Position numbers and translations under genes: made by a program. A DNA stretch of 64,000 nucleotides from Azolla caroliniana (taxonomy: Eukaryota > Plantae > Polypodiophyta), in assembly GCA_043228905.1 (NCBI GenBank), contig JBHGNT010000013.1, positions 4,526,001-4,590,000 on the forward strand, read 5' to 3'. Shown in pieces: positions 21,811 to 35,500 of this stretch. How positions within the stretch are numbered: position 1 is the first letter of the stretch; the number at the start of each line of letters is the position of its first letter. The notes under the pieces were generated by a model, which was given only the letters and a program-made list of their open reading frames with translations, made no database searches and was not told where the DNA came from.

Positions 21811-24800
21811 TTATCCTTTCTTGGGGTTATCTACAACTTCTTTTCCATGATGCTTTTCAGCCATCATATCAGTGTCTACAACTCCCATCATGTTCCGAAA
21901 CTGTGTATGCTTTTCCACACTCAATCCCTTTGTGAGAATATTAGCAACCTGCTGATTTGTATTCACATACACCAGATCAACTTCTCCTTCAATCACTTTT
22001 TCTCTAACAAAGTGATAATGCACTTCAATGTGCTTTGTTCTTGCATGGAACACTGGGTTTTTTGCAAGCTAAATGTTGCTCATATTGTCACACCAGATTG
22101 TGACAGTACCATCTATATACTCTCCCAAATCAACAATCAATCTTCTGATCCATACCTCTTCACAAGTGGCTATGGCGGCTCCTTTGTACTCAGCTTCAAT
22201 ACTAGACAATGCAACAATAGCTTGTTTCTTGCTACTCCATGAAATACCTGCACTTCCCAATGTAAACATATATCCACTTGTGGATCTTCTATCTGTTTGG
22301 CTTCCAGCCCAATCAACATTTGTATATCCTTCCAAATTTATGTCCAAATCAGCCCTATAAAACAATCCATAGTTCTGAGTAGCTTTTACATACCTCAGAA
22401 TTCTTCTAATGTAGTCCAAATGCGGCTTTGTTGGTTGTTGCATAAATTGGTTGACTAATCCAACTGCATAACTCAAATTAGGTCTTGTTATGGTCAAATA
22501 AATAAGGCTGCCCACCATAGACCTGTACATGTTTACATCTTCTATTTTGGCTCCCAAATCAGCCCTTAATTTGCAGTTTTTATCTAGTGGTACTCCAATA
22601 GGTTTGCATCCAAGCATACCATACTTTTTCAACATAGTTGTTGCATATTGTCTTTGCAACACATATATACCATTTTTAGATCTGATGATTTCAATACCCA
22701 AAAAATATCTCAGATCTCCCAAATCTTTCATATGAAATTTCATTTCCAAATTTCTTTTCAATTTACTTATTTCATCCATGAAATCACCTCCAATGATGAG
22801 ATCATCAACATAAATCAGAATCACAACAATACAATCATCTTTCCTTTTAACATACAGTGATGAATCAACCTTGACATTTTGAAGTCAAGTTTTTTCAGAT
22901 AATCTGAAAGTTCTCTGTGCCATGCTCTTGGTGCCTGTTTCAGTCCATAGAGAGCCTTTTTCAACTTACATACATAATCTGGATGCTTCCTATCTTCAAA
23001 ACCTGGTGGTTGACACATATACACTTCTTCTTCCAAGTTACCATGTAAAAAGGCATTTTTTACATCCATATGATGAAGAAACCATCTTTTGGGTGCACCT
23101 ACAGCCAGTAATGTCCTCAATGTTGCCATCTTTGCAACCGGTGCAAATGTCTCATCATAATCAATTCCTTGCATTTGGGCATATCCCTTTGCAACCAATC
23201 TTGCTTTATGTCTACTTACATTCCCACTAGAATCATGCTTTGTCTTGTAGACCCATTTGCAACCTACCACATTTTTTTCTTTTGGCAACTTCACCAAATC
23301 CCATGTTCTGTTTTCAGCCAATGCATCAATCTCTTCTTGCATTGCATCCACCCATTTCTTCTCAGTTTTAGCCTCATCAAAACTACTTGGATAAGGGATT
23401 TGTACCACCTTAGACATATATGCATAATGCATAGCCATATATGTATCATAACCAAATCTTTCAACAATTTTTTTCTCTATCTGATCTTCTCAGTTTCTGA
23501 TTTGCATCCTTCAATGCTTTTTCCATACCAGGGATTTTCAATCCTCTTATACCAAGAAAATCATCCAATGACATATCTGAATCCTCATCTTCCATGTTTT
23601 TAGACAAGTCATCCAACATTTCATACTCTGGCATTTTCTGTTTTCCTTTTTTATCATCACATTTTTTGTATCCTCCACTTTTTCCACTCCAAGAATTTGA
23701 ATCAGATTTACCATCTGAGCTTTTTGATGGTCCAGAACATTCTGTTGATGTTGGACTTTGTTGTCCAACCTTGCTTCCATCTATGTGGCAGTCTTCTACA
23801 TTTTCAGATTTGTCTCTGTCTTCAATCTCATTGTCTTCATTAGTCTCTGGATTCTGTTTTGGACTGTACCAGCTGGCTAACTCATCAAAGATTACATCCC
23901 TACTTGTCACAATCTTCTTTGTTACAGGGTTATAGCATCTATACCCTTTTTGTTCTTTTGAATAGCCAACAAAAATACATTTTTCTGCTTTTGGATCTAG
24001 CTTACTTCTTACTTCTGCAGGCACATGTACATATGCAAGGCATCCAAACACTTTTAAGTGTTCTAAACTAGGTTTCCTTCCATAGAAACACTCTTCAGGA
24101 GTTGCTTCATGTACTCCCGATGTTATACATCTATTTAGAATATAATTTGCTGTATTTACAGCTTCTACCCAATAGTACAATGGCATATTCTTCTCTGTCA
24201 TCAAAGCCCTTGCAATGTTCACCAATGTTCTGTTTTTCCTCTCAGCAACTCCATTTTGCTGTGGAGTATATCTACATGTGAACTGTCTTCTTATTCCCTG
24301 ATTGCATAGAAAATCAGAAAATTCATTGGAGAAATACTCTCCTCCTCCATCAGATCTTAAACATTTTATTCTTGTACCTGCCTGCTTTTCTACCATGCAT
24401 TTGAACTTACGAAAACATTCAAACACTTCACTTTTCTCTTTCATGAAATACACCCATGTTTTCCTTGAGCAATCATCAATAAAAGTTACATAAAATCTGC
24501 AGCCACCGATAGATGCATTCTTAGTTGGTCCCCATACATCCGTATGTACCAAATCCAACAAATTTTTACTTACATGACTTTCATGGGGGAATGGCAACCT
24601 ATTTTGCTTTCCATATTAACATGCTTCACATATCTTTCCCATTTCACAATTTTTCAATTTTGGCAGTCCAACCACTGCATCTTTTCTCAACATATTCTTT
24701 AGGGTTTGCATACTTATGTGGCCAATCCTTTTATGCCACATTTCCACATCTGAGACTACACTCATTCCATTTGCAAACATAGCTGAAATCTGTCTAGGCA

Positions 24801-25848
24801 TGTCAACATCCAAAATAAACATTCTTCCTTGTCGTTTTCCTTTTGCAATGAGCTTCCCATTCTTTTTTATATAGAATCCACTTTGCTTAAACTTTACTTG
24901 CATACCTTGCTCTACTATCTGTCCAACAGAAATCAGATTCTTAGCAAGATTTGGAACATGCATTACATTCAACATATACTTAGTCTTTCCTTTTTCTTCC
25001 CACAATGGGATATCTCCAACATGTTCTATTTGGTGAGTACTATTATCACCCGTCTGTACATAGCCAGGAATCTCTGGTTCTCTCAACCTTTCAAACCTGT
25101 TTGCATGTCCAGTCATATGGTTAGATGCCCCCGAGTCTACATACCATGTAAACTCTTCATTACATTTCTGTGAGCTTTCAGCCACTGCTGCTATCTCATG
25201 TTGTACCACAAATGCACCATCTTTTTCACAATCTTCACTAGTTTGGGCATAGTTATTCTGTTGTCTCTTTCCTCTTTGCTCATCATTTTGCTTCTTGTAG
25301 CATTCAGCCTGTGTGTGGCCTGGTTTTCCACAATACCAACAGCCATCATCATTTACATATGTTTGCTTACCTCTACCTTGGTTGCTCCCCCTGCCTCTGT
25401 TGTTGTTTCTTCCTCTAATGGTTTGTTGTCCTCTTCCTTGATAGCCATTATTGTTGGTTCTTGTTAAGCCAAATCTTCCATGGCCTCTTCCTCGGCCTCT
25501 TCCAGCACTATTATATAGGGCTTGCCCCTCATTCTCAAGATTTCCTTTATTTACATCATCCATCTGATTCCTTTCTTCTACTACAAGCATTGAAACCAAA
25601 TCTGGAAAACTTGGGATACTATCCCTTGTAAGCATAGAGGTTTTAAAGCTTTTGTATTGAGGTCCCAAGCCTCTCAAGCATATTTCTACCTTATCATCAT
25701 CTTCTATCTTTACATTGATAGAAGCAAGTGATTCACATATGCTCTTTATTTTCAAGGCATACTCATTTATTGACATCTTACCTTTTTCTAAGGTATTTAG
25801 CTCAGTCTTCAACTGTAGCTTTCTAGCTTTTGTGTTTACTGCAAACAG
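21811..25848 (-). pseudogene. Copia D gag(C-term)-PR-INT-RT-RH with stops and frameshifts
   Basis: Contains CWYCGKPGHTQAEC, WYVDSGASNHM, RSDGGGEY, MDVKNAFLHG, IYVDDL and HARTKHIEVHYHF. Confidence 0.93.
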
Positions 25849-26103
25849 TTTTGGGTAAAAGCATGCGAGTGGAAACACTATTATAGCTAATTAGCTACTA
25901 AAATGGCCATAGCTAATTAGCTATTTGTTTAGCTAGTCTTTCTTGTGGGAAAATCAAATATTTGAAAAACTAATTTATGAAAAAACTCAAATATTTGAAC
26001 TTCTGTTTCAGACGTAGTGGAACTTGGGGAATATCACCATCATCTAAGGTCGACTTCAATGTCATCAATTTCCTGTTTAGCCTAAGTCTGATTTTGAACG
26101 CAG

Positions 26104-29100
26104 ATGGAGTACTCAGAGCACGAACGCAGACGTAGCTCCCGCAACAGCAAAAAATCGACATTGCAGATTGAGAGCTACAACACAGAACCCGCTCGATCAT
26201 CGTCCAGGTATGTTTCAGTTACAGAAACCCCAAACATTTGTTTTTTCTTTTTGACTACTGTCTGAACTTTGGTGCCGATTCATATTTCCCCAAAATCAAA
26301 TAGGGCGAAGTCCTTGGAGTTCCATACAAGGATGTCTCGCAAATCGGGGAGTAGCAACAGGTGTGTTTATATTACTTTTTTTGTGTTTAATCCTGTCTTT
26401 AGTGATTAGGGTTCGTGATTGAAATTTCTGATTAGGGTTTGTGATTGAAATTTCTGATTAGGGTTTTTGATTATAAATTTCTGATTAGAATTTCTGAATA
26501 GGGTTTCTGGTTACAAATTTTGATTACAAATTAGAATTTCTGAATAGGGTTTTTGTTTATAAATTTCTGCTTAGGATTTCTGATTAGGGTTTGTGATTGA
26601 ATTTTTTTATTAGGGTTTCTGATTGAAATTTCTGATTAGGGTTTTTGATTATAAATTTCTGATTAGAATTTCTGAATAAGGTTTCTGGTTACAAACTTCT
26701 GATTACAGATTTTGATTAGGGTTTCTGATTTCAAACTTCTGATTACAGATTTTGATTAGGTTAAGTTAAAGATTTTGCACCATTTTTGTTGTTGTTGATT
26801 GGGGTTTTTGATTCTCACATATTCTGATTTTGCACTATTTCTGATTTCTGAAATGATATTTCAGATGGCTCGTTCCTCCGTATACGAGAGTGCTAAACTT
26901 CGCAAAATTTTGCGAGACAAAGGAGGACTTCCACAACACCTATGGTCTGTCACTCGAGGGTGTTGACCCTGCTATCCTAAGTGATAAATTGATCAGTGAT
27001 ATAGACTGGATGACAGTATATACAGTGCCTAGAGTCAAAGGCAAGGTCAAGCTGAAGCATGTACGAGCCGACTTGTACGATGACTGCATGAGACTGCACC
27101 AGAAAGTTCATCAGGAGATCCCAGTCAACAATGAGTTGTCAGTTTCATTTGCTAGAGCATTTGCATATGAGTACTGCAAAACAGCGAAGGAATCTAGAGA
27201 CCCTGAAATGTATAGGGTAGCTTGGGCAGTCTATGGTGAGGCATCGGTAAAAAGATGCCGAAAGATGGGGACCTTAGCACAAAAAATAGACAGATTTTGG
27301 AGCATGGCAGCTGTTGATGCAACTGCCGACTCCCAGCAAGACCGGGGGCATACACCACACCGACACCCAAGGAAAGCCAATGTCGATGATACAGGTGAGA
27401 CATTGGTTAGCTATATGCTAAAAAATGTCCATGAAGCCTGTGAGACATTGGCATTTTTTAAGACTGATTTAGAGAAAGCCACAATGGCTTCTGCAATGGA
27501 GAGCAAAGTTACTTCTGCTGTTACAACAATTAGAAATAAGATTCAGGTAACTATTGTTTTGCTGGTATGTGATTGTGTTATAAATAACGGGTAAAATGTG
27601 CTAATCAAGCATTATCTGGAATAGGTTGCGCAACAGGAGCTTGAATTAGAGGGGCCACTGGATCCCCAGCGTAAAATAGAACTGCAAATAGAGATCCAGG
27701 TTCTTTCAATGAACCTGGACCTTCTAGGTGTAAATACTGTTGCAGATTACAATTTGGATAAGCTTCAAGTAAGTTAACGATTCCTGAGAAAAGTTGGTGT
27801 ATCTTTCAACAACAAGAATAATTAATCGGTAAATTTCTCTGTTGCGTTGAAGGAACAATACATTCATCAAGAACAGGTAGTTAGCTGCCTTAAGAAGAAG
27901 CTACATTTTGTGGAGGGAATGGTAAGGACCAGACAGGATTTGGACCTGAACATTCTTGCTCCCTTACCAAATGAAGTAGAACCAGAAAATGATTTATTGA
28001 CAGTTCAAGCACGTTGCATCGCTTGCGGGTTAGGTGTGGAGGACAAAACTGCGTCTTTGTTGGTTCACCTACAACCATGCAACCACACATACCATCTGCT
28101 TTGTTTTCAACATGCCTGTCGAATTGCTGCATTCTGTTTGGGAGATTGCAGTACAACTCTACCAAATGAGTGGAGAAAACAAACAGGTATACCATACTGT
28201 AGCTAATAAGCTTAGTCTTTTCTAATTAGCTATCCTACTAGCTAATGAGCTACTAGCTAATTAGCTATCCTAGTAGCTAATTAGCTATGGTACTAGCTAA
28301 TTAGCTAGTACCATAGTTGTGTAAAAAAGCTAAATAGCTATCCTACTAGCTAATTAGCCACTGGCAACTAATTAGCTATCCTAGTAACTAATTAACTACT
28401 GCCATAGTTGTGTAAAGTAGCTAATAAGCTATCCTAGTAGCTAGTTAGCTATGGTACTAGCTAATTAGCTAGTACCATAGTTGTGTAAAAAAGCTAATTA
28501 GCTATCCTACTAGCTAATTAGCTACTGGCAACTAATTAGCTATCCTACTAGCTAATTAGCTATCCTACTAGCTAATTAGCTATCATAGTAGCTAATTAGC
28601 TACTGACATAGTTGTGTAAAGTAGCTAATAAGCTATCCTAGTAGCTAGTTAGCTATGGTACTAGCTAATTAGCTAGTACCATAGTTGTGTAAAAAAGCTA
28701 ATTAGCTATCCTACTAGCTAATTAGCTACTGGCAACTAATTAGCTATCCTACTAGCTAATTAGCTATCCTACTAGCTAATTAGCTATCATAGTAGCTAAT
28801 TAGCTACTGCCATAGTTGTGTAAAGTAGCTAATAAGCTATCCTAGTAGCTAATTAGCTACTAGCAGCTAATTAGCTATCCTACTAGCTAATTAGCTATCA
28901 TAGTAGCTAATTAGCTACTGACATAGTTGTGTAAAGTAGCTAATAAGCTATCCTAGTAGCTAATTAGCTACTGGCAGCTAATTAGCTATCCTAGTAGCTA
29001 ATTAGCTACTGGCAGCTAATTAGCTGTCCTAGTAGCTAATAAGCTATCCTAGCTACTACATAGTTGAGAAAGTAGCTAATTAGCTTTCATTGTAGCTAAT

Positions 29101-31912
29101 TAGCTATCCTAGCTACCACCATAGTTAATAAAGTAGCTAATTAGCTATCCTAGCTACTACCATAGTTAGTAAAGTAGCTAATTAGCTATCCTAGCTACTA
29201 CCATAGTTGAGTAAAGTAGCTAATTAGCTACCATAGTAGCTAATTAGCTATCCTAGCTACTACTATAGTTGTGTAAAGTAGCTAATAAGCTATCCTACTA
29301 GCTAATTAGCTATCCTAGTAGGTAATTAGCTATGGTACTAGCTAATTAGCTAGTACTATAGTTGTGTAAAAAAGCTAATTAGGTATCCTACTAGCTAATT
29401 AGCCACTGGCAACTAATTAGCTATCCTAGTAACTAATTAGCTACTGCCATAGTTGTGTAAAGTAGCTAATAAGCTATCCTAGTAGCTAATTAGCTACTAG
29501 CAGCTAATTAGCTATCCTAGTAGCTAATTAGCTATCCTACTAGCTAATTAGCTACTACCATAGTTGAGTAAAGTACCTAATTAGCTATCCTACTAGCTAA
29601 TTAGCTACTGGCAACTAATTAGCTATCCTAGTAGCTAATTAGCTGCTGGCAACTAATTAGCTATCCTACTAGCGAATTAGCTATCCTAGCGAATTAGCTA
29701 TCCTAGTAGCTACTGCCATAGTTGTGTAAAGTAGCTAATAAGCTATCCTAGTAGCTAATTAGCTACTGGCAGCTAATAAGCTATCCTAGTAGCTAATTAG
29801 CTACTGGCAGCTAATTAGCTGTCCTAGTAGCTAATTAGCTACTGGCAGCTAATTAGCTGTCCTAGTAGCTAATAAGCTATCCTAACTACTACCATAGTTG
29901 AGTAAAGTACCTAATTAGCTATCCTAACTACTACCATAGTTGAGTAAAGTACCTAATTAGCTATCATACTAGCTAATTAGCTATCGTACTAGCTAATTAG
30001 CTATCCTAGCTTCTACCATAGTTTAGTAAAGTAGCTAATTAGCTATCCTAAATAACTGTCATGTTATTGTAGAATCTTGTGGATTAAGGGCGGCACATGA
30101 TGTGTCTGGTGCTGATGATGCTGCAACAGATGAGGATACTACTGCCAATGTGGCTGAAAGTAAGTGTCCTGCTATCACATCTCCTTCAGATCAGCTGCAC
30201 CCTATTCTTTTGGAACAGTGTACTGAATTAGGCAACGATGTGAAATGCCATGAAATAGTGGAAACAACATGTAAAACTGAGGTTCACAACAACAGTGTTT
30301 ATGAACACTTGATGCAACATTTCTTCGAGTCTCAAGACCTTGATTCCACCCCACCGAGCCCAACTACTGAAAATGTCCAAACAGATCCCTCTGTACTTGA
30401 AAAGCTAGTTCAAGAAACGGCTGATGTGCAATTAGCTGCTGAGGCGATGGGAAGGTTGTCGGAGGAGGACACACTTGCGCATTGGGTCCTAGAAGCAAGG
30501 CTAAATGGGGAACCAACCAGAAAAAGGCTGAAGAAGGGGCCACGATCGAGAACAAGACCAGTTACTCGGTCAAGGGGCCCAGACGTAGTGGAGCGAAATA
30601 CTGTTTAGTTGGATATGATTGTTAGCTTAGGGATTTTGCTAGGGTTTTATGAAGTTTTACTATCCTGTTGGACAAGTAAAACCTCAGATTGGTTGTTGCT
30701 TGATCCACATTATGTAATGGAACTCTATGATGTTTTTCCAAGATAATTTGAAGAGTGTTGTTCTATGACTGAAACTCTTTGATGTTCAGGATATTGTTTT
30801 GTGAGACTAGTAGTTACTTTGTGAGTGTGAATATGTTGGTGTTTTCTGATGTTGCAGAGTCTAAAGGGTTTGATTCTATTGCTCGTAAGGCCAATGGCAG
30901 TGTGGATACTGTTGATGTTGCGGCATGTTTAAAGGGCCCCATCTTGAAAGTAGATGTAGCAACTGACACAAGTGATCTGGTCACACAAGTTGATCAAGCA
31001 TGTAGCACGGATGACTTGGTGTTGCAGGTAGATGCAACATGTAGCACGGATGACTTGGTGTTGCAGGTAGATGCAGCATGTAGCACGGATGACTTGGTGT
31101 TGCAGGTAGATGCAGCATGTGATACCAGTGGATTGATATCGAGCAGAACAGTAGCTACATGCACTGAGGTAATCCAAGGATTGATAACTAAGTCGACAAA
31201 ACAAGAGCACCAGAATGTGAAGCTAGGCCCAACACAGTCGACTAGGGGTTTAAAGAGGAAAAGGACACCAGTTGTGTCAGCCGAACCTGAGCTGATTGAG
31301 ATTGATCGTATCCTACCAGAAAATGGTGTAACAGCGGCTCAGTTTCAGGAATGGAAACCTAAACCACTAGAAGTCGAGCGAAGAGCCTTGATCTTGGAGC
31401 TGGATAAAGTCTTGATGAGTGTGAGATATATGCAGCCAAGGAGGGACGCAAATCAGTTTCTAGAGTGGGCTGCGGAGTACTTCGATTTGTTTATTTGGAG
31501 TGAAAAACCAAAATCAGATGTGTGGAAGTGTTTGGCAAGATTCTTCCCAAAATGGCGAAGTCGTTTTAAAGGTCAATGGGCACGAGAAAATTGTGAGCAG
31601 ATGGAAGCTGCAAGATTCAAGAGGCTTTCTGATTTTTGGGCTACTTGGCCTGAATATAATGCTGACAATACATTGATTTTGGATACAGAACATTTCCGAC
31701 ACTACTTCAATATTCAGAGATGCTGTCTCATTCTACCCGAGGAAATGCCTGAACAGTACCTGGTGCAAACAGTGAGCTGCCAACTAGGTGCATGGTTGTG
31801 GACTCCATACCGAGCTCAATATGCGGATAATATATGTAGACTCGTTCCACTGACTAGCAAGAGCTTAGCTGTTTATAGGAGATTTGTAGACATTTCCAAT
31901 GGTAATTTATAA
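26104..31912 (+). CDS. Predicted spliced accessory gene of E: unknown N-terminal domain + coiled coil + RING-like finger + degenerate FCP1/NIF HAD phosphatase domain (~820 aa)
   Basis: Manually built GT-AG exons, all phase-compatible: 26104-26207, 26304-26360, 26865-27546, 27625-27768, 27853-28186, 30073-30159 and 30858-31912. RING-like CIAC..PCNHTYHLLC..CLGDC. FCP1-like ALILELDKVL, FLEWAAEYFDLFIWS and NTLILDT. Confidence 0.65.
26400..26762. repeat. Degenerate TTCTGATTAGGGTTT (telo-box-like) array in predicted intron 2
   Basis: Multiple GATTAGGGTTT / ATTTCTGA units. Confidence 0.8.
28200..30052. repeat. AGCTAATTAGCT palindromic satellite array (predicted intron 5 of the accessory gene)
   Basis: Dozens of TAGCTAATTAGCTA units with ~20-bp periodicity and higher-order CATAGTTGTGTAAAG spacers. 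Confidence 0.95.
30995..31120 (+). repeat. 39-bp in-frame coding repeat (CSTDDLVLQVDAA x3)
   Basis: Visible in ORF 30779-31912. Confidence 0.9.
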
Positions 31913-32039
31913 ATATGTAAAGAGATGACATTATTCAATGAAGAATTTAATTACTTGTTCCCACTGTACTTATCTACTGTGTAATTTGAGGAATATGTTG
32001 CAGATTGTTGATTTCATTCTATTGATGACTATTTAGCTA

Positions 32040-32549
32040 TTGACAGCTAATTAGCTGCATTTGTACAGCTAATTAGCTACTGATGACTATTTCGCTATAA
32101 CTTATAACTTAAAACTTAACAAAAAAGACATGATTTTATTGAGAAAGAAGCACAGAAAGCAGACTGTATACAAGAAATTGATTCCAAACGAATTTATTGA
32201 TCTGTTTTCGCGAAATACATGTTTGTTTTACAAGAGAACATGGTAAGTGCTACTTGTAGCTACAAATTCCATGGCATACTATTGTAAATACATTTGTACA
32301 GCTAATTAGCTGCATTTGTACAGCTAATTAGCTACTGATGACTGTTTCGCTATAACTTATAACTTAAAACTTAACAAAAAAGACATGATTTTATTGAGAA
32401 AGAAGCACAGAAAGCAGACTGTATACAAGAAATTGATTCCAAACGAATTTATTGATCTGTTTTCGCGAAATACATGTTTGTTTTACAAGAGAACATGGTA
32501 AGTGCTACTTGTAGCTACAAATTCCATGGCATACTATTGTAAATACATT
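32040..32549. repeat. ~255-bp tandem duplication of the transposase 3' end and UTR
   Basis: The block ACAGCTAATTAGCTGCATTTG...CCATGGCATACTATTGTAAATACATT occurs twice in tandem. Confidence 0.85.
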
Positions 32550-35500
32550 CATACACATTAGCACCAACAGTGTATAAACCGGAGCAGCTATTGTATTCTG
32601 ACATTGGGACGTTGATGCATCTGACCAAATGAGAGTACATATACGCCGCTGGTTTGTCTTCTAACAGCCTGTACACATATTCGTAGTCATCTAGTTTTGC
32701 ATAAAAAATGCCTTCGATGTAGAATGTCCCGGCAGATACAAAATTTCCCCATGCATCTACAATATTCTGCCTTGCACACTGTTTACTAACCGTGCACTTT
32801 AATATATAGAAATCAGCACCCTCTGAATTGCCTTCTTCAGCATTTACAGCGAAGTTATCCCCAACGTTCAGGACATCACTCAAAGTATCTCCAAGTCCCT
32901 CATATGTGAAGTCAGCATTCTGCCCTGTTTCTCCATCAACTGCTTCCTTATCATTCAGAGTGTGATACTCCCAATTCTGAATGTATGCTTTGTTTAGACA
33001 ATATCTCCAATTTCCCTGCACACAATGGAAGCAAAAACAAGTAAATTCTCTAACCGCAATACAATGACCATCCAACCTGGAATAACCGCGAACAGCATGC
33101 AGAGATCGCAATTCGGGAATTCCTTGGCACTCCCAGGTCTTCTCCCTATTTACTTCATCTATCTTCACTTCCCAAAATTCACGTTTGATATCTCGAACTT
33201 GCGAGGAATAAACACCTGTGGCACTCGTCGACATATTTGTTCTTAAAAATTCAACTACATGTGATGCACAATTCATGTGCACACCATCTGTCTTTAGTTG
33301 TTCATGGGTAAGTGCCCGCTTTATAACAGCCCCTGCACCATCATGTTCACCTTTACCATGGCCAGACCCAAAAAAATTCCATCTCATCTCCAAACCTGTT
33401 ATAGCAGGATACCTCCCCACAAAATAAAATGGACGTCGAGCCTTGAATTGTGACGCAGCTCCGTCAGACCAGACCCAATGTTGAGTAAGCTCCAAACGTT
33501 GAGCTAATAACCACTGCCAATGTAACTTAAAACAGTGTTGGACGAACAAGGTATCATGCTTCTTATCATCGGAAATAAAGAAATGAATTACTTTTTTAAC
33601 ATTACCTGAAACTCGAAAATATGTTATGTGCACAAAAATGGTTACCTGAACTGAACACCAATGCATAGATTGAATTTCATTCTGCTGCTTGAAAGTATAA
33701 TTCTCTGCGAAATCTACTACTAAGACTACTACATCATTTGGGAAATCAGATATGCAAGTCTTAAACTGATGGGCCTGCCATGAATAAATGAAGTTGTGTT
33801 TAATGAACTTTCCTAGAGATACTACAAACAGAGACACCAAATCCCTTGGTTTAAGCATCTTCCGAACTAGATCCTTTCTTTTACACACCTTTCCTTCGAA
33901 ATTGGTGTTCACTGACTCAAATAACTTCACAGAGATCAATATTTCACTACTCAATTCATTTGGACACCACCTAAATCTAGTAGGGCCACAATCTTGACAT
34001 AAACCCATGACACATTTATGAATATGGAAGATAGCGTCAGATTCTCTCGGACACAATATTGAATCTAATAAATAACTCATGGAAGAGATAACGTGCTCAG
34101 ATGATTTACACTCCTCTTGCGGGCTTGATCGACAGATTTGGCACCCACATGTGCAAACTGTATTAGTTAGGGATGCGCTATGGTGACGTAGTAGATTAAC
34201 AGAGTCCTTCAGAAAACCCATCTGTACATGGTAAATGCAACAACATGTGTATCGATCCTTTAAGCGTCTCACAAAGTGTGGCTTAAGAGACTCGAATGTT
34301 CGTAGTTGAACTTTGATAGTTGGATGCATTCGTTTGAACCTAATAAATAAATCGACCTGCGTAATAAAGGGGAATTAGTTATTCTCGTAACTAGCTAACT
34401 ATCCTAGTAGCTAATTAGCTATTCTAGTAGCTAGTTAGCTATTCTAGTAGCTAATTAGCTATCATGGTAGCTAATTAGTTGTCCTAGTAGCTAGTTAGCT
34501 ATCATGGTAGTTAATTCGCTGTCGTAGTAGCTAATTAGCTATCATGGTAGCTAATTAGCTATTCTAGTAGCCAATTAGCTATCATGGTAGCTAATTAGCT
34601 GTCGTAGTAGCTAATTAGCTATCATGGTAGCTAATTAGCTGTCCTAGTAGCTAATTGGTTGTCCTAGTAGCTAATTAGCTATCATGGTAGCTAATTAGCT
34701 GTCGTAGTAGCTAATTAGCTATCATGGTAGCTAATTAGCTATTCTAGTAGCTAATTAGCTATTCTAGTAGCTAATTAGCTATCATGGTAGCTAATCAGCT
34801 GTCGTAGTAGCTAATTAGCTATCATGGTAGCTAATTAGCTGTCGTAGTAGCTAATTAGCTATCATGGTAGCTAATTAGCTATCACGGTGGCTAATTAGCT
34901 GTCCTAGTAACTAATTAGCTATCATGGTAGCTAATTAGCTGGTCTAGTAGCTAATTAGCTATAATGGTGGCTAATTAGCTATCCTAACTAATTAGCTATC
35001 ATGGTAGTAGCTATTGAGAGTAGCCAGTTACCTATGTAGTAGCTATCATAGTAGCTAATTAGCTATCATGGTAGCTAATTAGCTTTCCTAGTAGCTAATT
35101 AGCTGGTAATAACGAAATAGCTAACTAGCTACCATGATAGCTAACTAGCTAGCAGTACAGCTAATTATCTGGTAGTACCTAAATTAGCTATTGAGAATAG
35201 CTAATTAGCTATCATGGTAGTAACTATTGAGAGTAGCTAGTTACCTATGTAGTAGCGATCCTAGTAGCTAACTGAGGTAAATGTAACTGATAAGCTAATT
35301 AGCTTTTCTGCTAACTGAGCTAATTAACTTTCCGAGTAGAGTCAAAACAAATGTTGAGATAAATGTAAATACCTGAGGTACATCAAGAAGATGAATGGGA
35401 TGCTCCTCGTATTGATTTCTTCCAACACGTTTCCTGCATAAATCCTTTTTATTGGGTGAAACCCTACTCTCATTAGTCCAAAACATTGTGATTACATCCT

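Noticed and set aside
25848-25878. Start MFPLACFYP of ORF 24616-25878
   Set aside because: It is read through the left TIR of E; the true gag N-terminus is at 38650-38954.
26400-26762. True interstitial telomere
   Set aside because: The motifs are spaced within a longer degenerate unit and are not tandem (TTTAGGG)n.
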